This document shows, in pieces, positions 1 through 7,555 of a stretch of DNA of 36,982 nucleotides. The DNA is taken from the NCBI GenBank assembly GCA_041694295.1, contig JASMTM010000008.1, positions 1 to 36,982 of the forward strand, given 5' to 3'. Every line of letters begins with the position of its first letter. Positions within the stretch are counted from its first letter, which is position 1. The DNA is from Petrotogales bacterium (GTDB taxonomy: Bacteria; Thermotogota; Thermotogae; Petrotogales; Kosmotogaceae). The translations under genes and the position numbers were made by a program. The notes under the pieces are model-generated. The model was not told the origin of the DNA. It searched no databases and worked only from the letters and a program-made list of their open reading frames with translations.

Positions 1-25
1 ATCAAAGAATAAAAAAACAAAAATG

Positions 26-52
26 AAAAACGCCCCAGAAGGGCGTTTTTTT
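26..52. terminator. Rho-independent terminator hairpin, usable in both directions
   Basis: Stem CGCCC (31-35) / GGGCG (41-45) with a 5-nt loop. An A-run lies upstream and a T-run (46-52) downstream. It sits 15 nt beyond the 3' end of the minus-strand GNAT gene. Confidence 0.7.
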
Positions 53-66
53 ATATCCGTTATAAC

Positions 67-534
67 TTAGCTCGAAAATCTCATCTCAGCGTATTTTGAT
101 TCAAATCCGATTCTTTCATAAAGTCTCTTTGCTGGGTTATCGTATTCTACATGAAGCGCCACATCACCATCACATCTTTCAACAGCATTTGAAATTAGCT
201 CTCCTCCGATTCCTTCACCGCGCATTTTTTTATCGACAGCTACGTACACAAGAATATGTTCGGGGATGTAGCCACCCATTCCTGTGTTATTGATTACAAC
301 CCCACCTACAATTTCGTCCTCTTCACATGCAACTAATATAAATCCACCCTTCCCATCTTTTTCAGAAAGGGCATAATCTATTGATTTCTCAATGTCTTTT
401 TCAGGATCACCATATTTACCAAGATGTTCGTAAAAAAACTCTACAAGAGTGTTTTTATTAATTACTTCATCAAAATCATCGCTGTGTTCTACGAGAAACA
501 TATCAACTGCTGTTTTTGTTGCTATTGTTAACAT
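67..534 (-). CDS. GNAT-family N-acetyltransferase
   Basis: The ORF carries an acetyl-CoA-binding type motif (KKMRGEGIGGELI) and a C-terminal NPAKRLYERIGF. I moved the start to the ATG at 534 (MLTIATK...). AGGAGG at 548-543 lies 8 nt upstream, and the track's GTG at 543 overlaps that SD. Confidence 0.8.
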   Translation of the reverse strand: MLTIATKTAVDMFLVEHSDDFDEVINKNTLVEFFYEHLGKYGDPEKDIEKSIDYALSEKDGKGGFILVACEEDEIVGGVVINNTGMGGYIPEHILVYVAVDKKMRGEGIGGELISNAVERCDGDVALHVEYDNPAKRLYERIGFESKYAEMRFSS

Positions 535-855
535 ATGAAACACCTCCTATAATAAAACGTCGCGCATAAAAACATTCTGGGTTGAAAAACCTAGCAAACT
601 AGCATCTGTCTAAATATTGTTACATGAATTAATAGGAATTCAATCGTAATTTGGAAAGCATAATTAATCACTTACTTTGATAATAAAAATCAACAACATT
701 CTCTGTAATAACTGAGATTCCTTCCATTAACAAGAATAATTATATCATATCAAATTGTTCTTGGCAAAAAAATATTGTTAAATATTTGGTCACTTGATTA
801 TATCCTATATGAGCGTTTTCATTAGGGGATTACATGATGTTTTTTGTTATCGTAG

Positions 856-2730
856 TTAATCCATTGAGATTTTTTGTTTACATTGATATGGTTCAATTTC
901 TAGTTTATTTTGAAAAACTTTTGCGTTGACTTTTTTCTTAGCTGGATTTAGAATGAGAACCGAACCATCTTTTTGCATAACTATTTCCACATCAGAAGAC
1001 TTTCTTGAACTGAAGCCTAACATTTTTAAAAGGGTTTGAGAAAATTCCAGATCAGGTATAGTGGCAACATACACTGTATTATTTTTTCTTGTAACTGCCG
1101 AACTTGAAATAAAAACACCAGATGAGAATCTTCCAGTTATTTCAGCGTCTGTTGTATTGATCAGCTCACAAACGTATGAAGCATTAAAGCTTTGATTATT
1201 ATAAACAAGTTTCTCGACTGTATTGATTCCACCAAAATCTTTGATTTTTACTCCGGTTAATTCGCGAAAAAGCCTTGATTTTTCAGTTTTTATATTATTG
1301 TTTTCATCCTTTAAAGAGGTCATTGCGGTAATCAAAATTTTTCCTTTGAAAGTGATTAGTTTTTCTAGAAATGAATCGTTCAAATGATAGGCTGATGGTA
1401 TTACTACCAATTTGTAAGGTGATAGATCTGTATTGGTAAACACAAAATCCACATTGTAACCAAAACTTCTTATAGCCTTGTATATAGGAAATATGCCATT
1501 GTTTAATAAATCGAAGTAGTTATTTATTCCCTGCGTTTTATCTATCCAAAAGTTTTCATAATCTATATAAATGGCGACTTCCTTTTCAGGATAATTAAAT
1601 TCAATTTCATTGTTTCTTTCTATTATTTTTTTAAGTGACTCACCTCTTAAAGTTACTTCACCTGAATAATCGACAAGTCCTGAGTGAAACTGCTCTGATC
1701 CATAAGGAAGCTGTCGATATCTAAAAATTATCGTACCATTTGCTCCATGTGCAAATGACTGATTTATCCAGAACTCCAGCTGTTCTGGCTTGTGAAATTC
1801 ATTAACTTTTCTCCAGTTAACCCTTCCAGGTTGTTGTTCCATAACAAAGAATTTTCGATCTTTTAATGAACGCATCAAATCATGATTCATAGCCTGCAAA
1901 TCATGATCATATTCTCCGGGTATGTAGTTATCCCAGCTCACAAAATCCATTTCACTGGATAGTTTCTTGTAATCTATTTCAGTGAAATTTACCATCAGAT
2001 TGTGTGTGATAGGTAGATCTGAGTAATCTTTAACTATTTCGGACATTTTTTTATGAAAATTTATGGCTGAATCAGATGAGAAACGTTGATAATCAAGCCA
2101 CAAAGAAGGGTTGACATCTGATACCGTCTTCAATGGAGGATCAATTTCCTGCCAGTTGTTGTATGAATGACTCCAAAATACCGTTCCCCATGACTTGTTT
2201 AATTCAGCAATATTATTATATTTCTGCTTAAGCCATTTTCTAAATGCCTTTGCACAATTTTCACAGTAGCAAACAGTTGTTTCATGACAGCCATATTCAT
2301 TATCAATCTGCCAGCCAATCACATTATCAAATTGTGAAAAATGTTTAGCGTATTCTTTTGTTATTTTTTCTGCGTATTCTATATATCTGTCGGAGTTGAA
2401 GCAGTAATGTCTTCGACTTCCAAAGTGCCGTGTATTTCCCAGTTTGTCTTTTTGAAGTAAATCGGGATGCCTTTTTACGAGCCAAACAGGGGGGGTAGCA
2501 GTTGGAGTACCAATGATAACTGATATGTTGTTCTTACGTAGTCCGGTAACAACTCGATCGAATAATGAAAAATCATATGTTTCTGGTTCTTTCTCAACTA
2601 TTGACCAGGCAAACTCTCCTATTCTGACAACATTAATTCCCATATTTTTCATAATTCGAATATCTTCTGACAATCGGTCCTTTTCCCAGTGTTCAGGATA
2701 ATAACAAACACCGTAAAGATTAGTCTTCAT
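856..2730 (-). CDS. Glycoside hydrolase family 42 beta-galactosidase
   Basis: The N-terminus GVCYYPEHW...GINVVRIGEFAWSIVEKEPETYDF is typical of GH42. The catalytic-region NEYG and the Cys cluster C...CYCENC (GH42 Zn site) are both present. It is the last gene of the sugar ABC operon. Confidence 0.9.
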   Translation of the reverse strand: MKTNLYGVCYYPEHWEKDRLSEDIRIMKNMGINVVRIGEFAWSIVEKEPETYDFSLFDRVVTGLRKNNISVIIGTPTATPPVWLVKRHPDLLQKDKLGNTRHFGSRRHYCFNSDRYIEYAEKITKEYAKHFSQFDNVIGWQIDNEYGCHETTVCYCENCAKAFRKWLKQKYNNIAELNKSWGTVFWSHSYNNWQEIDPPLKTVSDVNPSLWLDYQRFSSDSAINFHKKMSEIVKDYSDLPITHNLMVNFTEIDYKKLSSEMDFVSWDNYIPGEYDHDLQAMNHDLMRSLKDRKFFVMEQQPGRVNWRKVNEFHKPEQLEFWINQSFAHGANGTIIFRYRQLPYGSEQFHSGLVDYSGEVTLRGESLKKIIERNNEIEFNYPEKEVAIYIDYENFWIDKTQGINNYFDLLNNGIFPIYKAIRSFGYNVDFVFTNTDLSPYKLVVIPSAYHLNDSFLEKLITFKGKILITAMTSLKDENNNIKTEKSRLFRELTGVKIKDFGGINTVEKLVYNNQSFNASYVCELINTTDAEITGRFSSGVFISSSAVTRKNNTVYVATIPDLEFSQTLLKMLGFSSRKSSDVEIVMQKDGSVLILNPAKKKVNAKVFQNKLEIEPYQCKQKISMD

Positions 2731-3548
2731 CCTTTAACACTCCCAACTGTAAGGCCTTCTATAAAGTATCTCTGGAACATTAAAAATACAATCAGAGGTA
2801 CTACAGCTGCAATTATCGCACCGGCAGCCATTACATTCCAACTTGTAACCCATTGACCCTGTAAGTTTACCAGCCCCAGAGTAACAGGTTTATATTTATC
2901 GCTCTGTATGAGTACCAGCGACCATAAATAATCATTCCAGATCCATGTGAACTCAAGTATACCAAGAGCGGCCATTGCGGGAGTTACAAGAGGTAAAACC
3001 AGTTTTCTGTATATTAGAAAATGTGATGCTCCATCAATCATGGCGGCATCAAAAATGCTTGATGGTATTGTTTTCATAAAATTCCTTAAAAAGAATGTGC
3101 AAAAACCTAGCTGAAAAGCGATATGAAACAATATTACACCCTGGTAAGAATCATAGATGTTCATACTTAGTGATAACCTGTAAACAGGTATAAGAAGCAT
3201 CTGAAATGGTATCAGCATCCCTCCAACAAATACCATCAGCAATATTCTTGATAGTTTGAATTTATACCAGGCAAGAGCATAGGCGCCGAGACTTGATAGA
3301 AAAAGGGTACCCAATACTGAAGGTATTGTTATGATAAAGGTATTCAAAAAGTACCTTCCCATGTTTGCATCGGTCCAAGCTGTGACATAATTCTCGAAGT
3401 GCCATATATCCGGTGGTAACCACCATTGGTGTTCTACCATGAGTTCATCCATTGTTTTTACTGAGGTGAAAAATGATATCATAAAAGGTGAAACCCATAG
3501 CAACACGATCAGTGTGCCCAGAATATAAAATATAAGTAGTTTTTTCAT
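2727..3548 (-). CDS. Carbohydrate ABC transporter permease (CUT1, MalG-like)
   Basis: Six-TM profile with an EAA-type loop (IDGASHFLIYRKLVLPL). Its start overlaps the upstream stop (ATGA), and a GGAGGA SD is present. Confidence 0.9.
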   Translation of the reverse strand: MKKLLIFYILGTLIVLLWVSPFMISFFTSVKTMDELMVEHQWWLPPDIWHFENYVTAWTDANMGRYFLNTFIITIPSVLGTLFLSSLGAYALAWYKFKLSRILLMVFVGGMLIPFQMLLIPVYRLSLSMNIYDSYQGVILFHIAFQLGFCTFFLRNFMKTIPSSIFDAAMIDGASHFLIYRKLVLPLVTPAMAALGILEFTWIWNDYLWSLVLIQSDKYKPVTLGLVNLQGQWVTSWNVMAAGAIIAAVVPLIVFLMFQRYFIEGLTVGSVKG

Positions 3549-4414
3549 CGTTCTTCCTCCGATTTAAGCACATACCTCATGTAGAACAGAATAAAACCAA
3601 GTGTGATAAGGAACTGTATTACTGCAATTGCAGATCCATAACCCATTCTGTAGTTATGAAAGCTCTGTATGTACATATAATTTGCCATTACGCTAGAGGA
3701 ATAAAAAGGACCTCCTCTGGTAAGAACATAAACTATATCAAATGCTCTTAAGGAATCTATTATACTTACTGTAACTGCAACCACAGTGGCAGGTTTTAGC
3801 ATTGGAATGATTATATGGATAAACCTTTTCCATGCATTTGCTCCATCTACCCAAGCAGCTTCAATCAGCTGGTTTGGAACCTGCTTCAATCCAGCAAGAT
3901 AAATAACCATAGTATAGGATATTTGACGCCAAGATGCTGCCATAATTAATGAGTACGTTACAACATTTGGATCACTCAACCAACCAACGGACTCAAGACC
4001 AAGCATGTTTAGAATGGTATTTATTGCTCCGTGTCTTGGCTCAAGGATCCAGCACCAGATCTGTCCTATAACGACAAAAGAAAGAGTCATTGGCAAATAA
4101 ATGAGGGTCTTGTATATTTTTGTACCTTTGAATTTTTGATCAAGCAGCATAGCAATTAATAAACCTAAAGGAACACATACACCTGCAAATCCAACTAGCC
4201 ACTTAATATTATTTATTACAGACACACCAAAGTACGGATCATTAAATAATTCTACAAAGTTTTTTAATCCAATAAACTTGATCGTGGGCGATACACCATC
4301 CCAACTAGTAAAGCTCAGCACAAAGGTACTGATTATTGGATAAATCACCCAGATTGAATACATTGCTAAAGGTACAGCCAGAAAGGCATATGGAACCCAT
4401 TTTTTTGTTGTCAT
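3545..4414 (-). CDS. Carbohydrate ABC transporter permease (CUT1, MalF-like)
   Basis: Polytopic protein with an EAA loop (EAAWVDGANAWKRFIHIIIPMLKP). I chose the ATG at 4414, 6 nt after GGAGGA (4426-4421), over the track's TTG at 4417. Confidence 0.9.
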   Translation of the reverse strand: MTTKKWVPYAFLAVPLAMYSIWVIYPIISTFVLSFTSWDGVSPTIKFIGLKNFVELFNDPYFGVSVINNIKWLVGFAGVCVPLGLLIAMLLDQKFKGTKIYKTLIYLPMTLSFVVIGQIWCWILEPRHGAINTILNMLGLESVGWLSDPNVVTYSLIMAASWRQISYTMVIYLAGLKQVPNQLIEAAWVDGANAWKRFIHIIIPMLKPATVVAVTVSIIDSLRAFDIVYVLTRGGPFYSSSVMANYMYIQSFHNYRMGYGSAIAVIQFLITLGFILFYMRYVLKSEEER

Positions 4415-4483
4415 CAAATTTCCTCCAACATTTCAACTAATAAACAATGGGGGTTTACAAACCCCCATTGATTAAAACGATGC

Positions 4484-5704
4484 TTATTCAGAGTATATGC
4501 GCATGCGGTGCATTTCAAGATTTTTGAGTATGGTTTCAAGTCTTCTCGGATATACCATGAACTCCACAAACCCGTTCATGCCTTTTTCTGCCATTTCAGG
4601 ATTTGTGTCTCTGTCATAGAACTGCATTACACCATCTGATTCGAGAATCATCTCTAATCCCTTTTGTGCATGTGCGTCTGGTGCTGGAACATTCTTGTTA
4701 GCCGCCAGTCTTCCAAGTTCTTCAGCAAAATATTGTTGGGCTTCTTTAGAAGCTATAAACTTCAAGAATGTTTTCGCAGCTTCTTTATTTTTTGCCTTTG
4801 CGGGAATCATGAATCCATCAATCGGAGTATCCTCATAAAGTCCGATTTCACCGTCGATAATCGGGAATCTGAAGAAGTCAAGATCTTCCTTTACATCTTC
4901 AGGTGCAACATCCTTTATGAACTGTCCCATAAGGTACATACCTGCTTCACCTGTGAACAGGTAATTGGCAGCATCCTGCCATGTGTAGGATGTATGGTTG
5001 TCTATGAAGTAATCGTTTTCTATCAACTCTTTCCAGTATTCAAAAACCTTTTGCATTCCTTCGTCAGTATAAGGAATGTCTCCATTGGTTAAATCCATGT
5101 GATAATCGATTCCATTGATTCGCATATTAAGAGAGTCAAACCACCCTGCTGCAGTCCAGAGGTATTTTGTACCTATTGTTATGGGTATATATCCGTTTTC
5201 TTTGAGTTTTTCACAAACCTTAACAAATTGAGACCAGGTTATTGGTGGCTGAATGTTGAGTTCTTCAAAAACAGATTTACGATAGTACACGCCCCACCAG
5301 TACCATGATTGAGGAACGAAGTATATTTCATCTTCATATGCAGAGGCACTTCTAAATGCTTCAGGGAAGTATGCTTCAAATCCACCTTCAAAGATATCGC
5401 CGATTGGTTCAAGGAGTCCTTTGCTTGCAAAATATCTCATTCTTTCACCGGCGAACCATGTTGCAACATCAGGTGCTTCGGGTGAATTCAACCAAGTTCT
5501 TAGTAAGGTTTTGAAGTCTTCGTGAGCAAAGGTATTTACGGTAACCTCTAAATCGGGATGTTCCTCCCTGAACTGATCAACCAGTTCAGCAAAAACCTTT
5601 CTCGGTGCCGGGTCGGACATATAGGAGTTGATAACCAACTCACCGGCTCCAAATGATACCAGAGCAAACATTAACAATGAAACAATCAGTAAAAGCTTTT
5701 TCAC
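4484..5704 (-). CDS. Extracellular sugar-binding protein (ABC family 1 SBP)
   Basis: Has a signal-like N-terminus (KKLLLIVSLLMFALVSFGA), SBP_bac_1-like length and aromatic-rich composition. The likely start is the GTG at 5704, 8 nt after AGGAGG (5718-5713). The track start at 5713 overlaps that SD. Confidence 0.85.
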   Translation of the reverse strand: MKKLLLIVSLLMFALVSFGAGELVINSYMSDPAPRKVFAELVDQFREEHPDLEVTVNTFAHEDFKTLLRTWLNSPEAPDVATWFAGERMRYFASKGLLEPIGDIFEGGFEAYFPEAFRSASAYEDEIYFVPQSWYWWGVYYRKSVFEELNIQPPITWSQFVKVCEKLKENGYIPITIGTKYLWTAAGWFDSLNMRINGIDYHMDLTNGDIPYTDEGMQKVFEYWKELIENDYFIDNHTSYTWQDAANYLFTGEAGMYLMGQFIKDVAPEDVKEDLDFFRFPIIDGEIGLYEDTPIDGFMIPAKAKNKEAAKTFLKFIASKEAQQYFAEELGRLAANKNVPAPDAHAQKGLEMILESDGVMQFYDRDTNPEMAEKGMNGFVEFMVYPRRLETILKNLEMHRMRIYSE

Positions 5705-5719
5705 AAAATCCACCTCCTG

Positions 5720-6673
5720 TTAAGCGCTTTTGCGCTTAATAAATTCAGGCACATATCTTTCTTTTTCTTGACCTCCATTTAGTGCCATCTGGAAAGCTTT
5801 ACGCACCATTTCTTTTCTGGGGATTCTCAATGTTGTTAATCCTGCTAACTCGGCGAAAAAAACATCATCATAACCTATTACCAGTACATCTTCACCTATT
5901 ACAGCTCCTCTTTCATTCAATGCCTTAATAACGCCCATAGCCATGAGATCGTTGTAGCAGAAAATCGCTTCAGGTAATTTTTTTAGATTTTTGACCGTGT
6001 TGTAGGCAGTTTTCCAGTCTACCGGGTGGTAAAAGATATTTTCTCTATTTACAGAACTTCCAAAACCTTTTTCAAAACCTTTTACTCGTCCTCTTGTTGT
6101 GAATTTTCTAGGGTTACCCATTATGAGAACCACATCATTAATTTTCTTTTTTCGGAAGTAGCTTCCAGCCTGTTTGGATCCCTCAATCTCATCAATCCAG
6201 ACCTCGGGTAGTGATGGCTTTTGACAGTGAACACCAAAAATAACTACCGAAGCACCAAACTTCTTTGTTTCCACCAAATGGTCAACGTTGTAACCTTCAG
6301 GAGCTATAATTATTGAATCAACACCGCTCTCTGTAAGATCAGCTACAGCTTTTTTTTCCTGTTCCAGTTTGCGTCCTGTGTCTGTTACAATTACTGAATA
6401 ACCTTCTACTTCAGCAAGATCCTCCAGATCCCCTACCAGTTCAGCATAGAAAGGATTTCTTATATCAGAAACCACAACACCTATACGACTAGTTTTTCCA
6501 CTACGTAAAGCGCGGGCATCAGCGTGAGGTCTGTAACCAAGTTCATCGATAATCTTTATGATTTTTTCCTGGGTTTCTTTTCCAACCCCGGGTTTTCCAT
6601 TTATTACTCTTGAAACTGTCATCATCGATGTTCCAGCTTTTTCAGCGACATCTTTTAACGTAACTCTACCCAT
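5720..6673 (-). CDS. LacI-family transcriptional regulator
   Basis: N-terminal HTH (VTLKDVAEKAGTSMMTVSRVINGK) followed by a periplasmic-binding-fold sugar domain. It is the first gene of the operon, 15 nt upstream of the relocated SBP start at 5704. Confidence 0.9.
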   Translation of the reverse strand: MGRVTLKDVAEKAGTSMMTVSRVINGKPGVGKETQEKIIKIIDELGYRPHADARALRSGKTSRIGVVVSDIRNPFYAELVGDLEDLAEVEGYSVIVTDTGRKLEQEKKAVADLTESGVDSIIIAPEGYNVDHLVETKKFGASVVIFGVHCQKPSLPEVWIDEIEGSKQAGSYFRKKKINDVVLIMGNPRKFTTRGRVKGFEKGFGSSVNRENIFYHPVDWKTAYNTVKNLKKLPEAIFCYNDLMAMGVIKALNERGAVIGEDVLVIGYDDVFFAELAGLTTLRIPRKEMVRKAFQMALNGGQEKERYVPEFIKRKSA

Positions 6674-6685
6674 AGCTACCCCCCT

Positions 6686-6714
6686 ACGTTATCGTTAACA
6701 GTTATCGTTAACGT
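6686..6714 (-). promoter_or_regulatory. Two tandem LacI-type operators (GTTAACGATAAC x2 on the minus strand)
   Basis: The 12-mer gttatcgttaac occurs at 6688-6699 and 6701-6712. Each copy is a 10/12 self-complementary palindrome centred on CG, as is typical for LacI-family sites. Both lie between the predicted -10 box and the lacI-family start codon. Confidence 0.6.
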
Positions 6715-6718
6715 ATAC

Positions 6719-6746
6719 ATTATAAAACTAACACTCCTAATAACAA
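6719..6746 (-). promoter_or_regulatory. Sigma-70-type promoter of the lacI/galactoside operon
   Basis: On the minus strand: TTGTTA (6746-6741), a 16-nt spacer, then TATAAT (6724-6719). It sits about 45 nt upstream of the ATG at 6673. Confidence 0.5.
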
Positions 6747-6865
6747 AATGTGGTTTTATGGCTTTATTTTTACTTATCTGCACTTAGAGACTTTGAAAGG
6801 CCATGAAGTGATTATTTCTCAATGCATTTATTATCTTTTGCTAAAATCAACCAGGTTTATGTGCC

Positions 6866-6892
6866 AAAAAAAATGCCCCCAAAAAGGGGGCA
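6866..6892 (-). terminator. Rho-independent terminator of the OsmC-like gene
   Basis: Stem TGCCCCC (6874-6880) / GGGGGCA (6886-6892). On the minus strand it is followed by a T8 run (plus-strand A-run 6866-6873). Confidence 0.8.
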
Positions 6893-6910
6893 GTCAATTA
6901 GCAAAATTAT

Positions 6911-7363
6911 TTATTCCACTTCAACGATGGTTTTTAGAGATATATTAAGTGGTGTCTTGTTACTTAAGTTATCAGAAACAGGGCATCTGCTTTCAACCAT
7001 TTCTACCCACTTATTTAATGTATCTTCATCAGCATCTGTGTCAACATTCATAGTAACATCAATGCTTTTGTAGCCCGCTCTATCGTTCGTATCTTTACCA
7101 AAAAGTTTATCTGCGTTGAGCGGTCCAGAAATGTCAAATGAAAGGTCTCTTATCTCGAAATTCAGTTCTTTTGCTACCATATGGCCAACTACATTTAGGC
7201 AACCTGCTAAAGATGCAAGAACGTATTCAACCGGTGTGGCTCCCTCATTTGTTCCACCAAACTGGTCTGGCTCATCCACAATCATCTCGAAGTTTCTCGC
7301 CTTTACTTTTGTTTTTGTTGCGTTTTCTGAAGTTGCTCTTATTCTAAATTTTGCATCAGACAT
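6911..7363 (-). CDS. OsmC/Ohr-family protein (peroxiredoxin-like)
   Basis: OsmC-like pattern with two conserved Cys contexts (LASLAGCLN and ESRCPVS). I moved the start to the ATG at 7363 (MSDAKF...), preceded by AAGGAGGAA. Confidence 0.85.
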   Translation of the reverse strand: MSDAKFRIRATSENATKTKVKARNFEMIVDEPDQFGGTNEGATPVEYVLASLAGCLNVVGHMVAKELNFEIRDLSFDISGPLNADKLFGKDTNDRAGYKSIDVTMNVDTDADEDTLNKWVEMVESRCPVSDNLSNKTPLNISLKTIVEVE

Positions 7364-7509
7364 TTTGTTTCCTCCTTTTGTTATGTTTTTCACTAATAAT
7401 ATAACGAAAATTAATACCCGATATATTAAGTCCAGATTAAAATTTGATTCGAAACTTTACATTTACAAAAATTATTTGTTTTATAGTACGTTTTTTACCT
7501 AATTACAAT

Positions 7510-7535
7510 AAAAAAAGGGCACTTTGAAAGTGCCC
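7510..7535 (-). terminator. Rho-independent terminator of the 815-aa gene
   Basis: Stem GGGCACTT (7517-7524) / AAGTGCCC (7528-7535). The minus-strand T-run corresponds to the plus-strand A-run at 7510-7516. Confidence 0.8.
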
Positions 7536-7555
7536 GGGTGAATTTTTACTATCTA

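Noticed and set aside
6748-7502. Plus-strand ORFs 6748-6948, 6822-7073, 7116-7502 and 7138-7347
   Set aside because: They overlap the OsmC-like gene or its terminator in antisense, or sit in the lacI-operon promoter region. They have no SD and implausible sequences.
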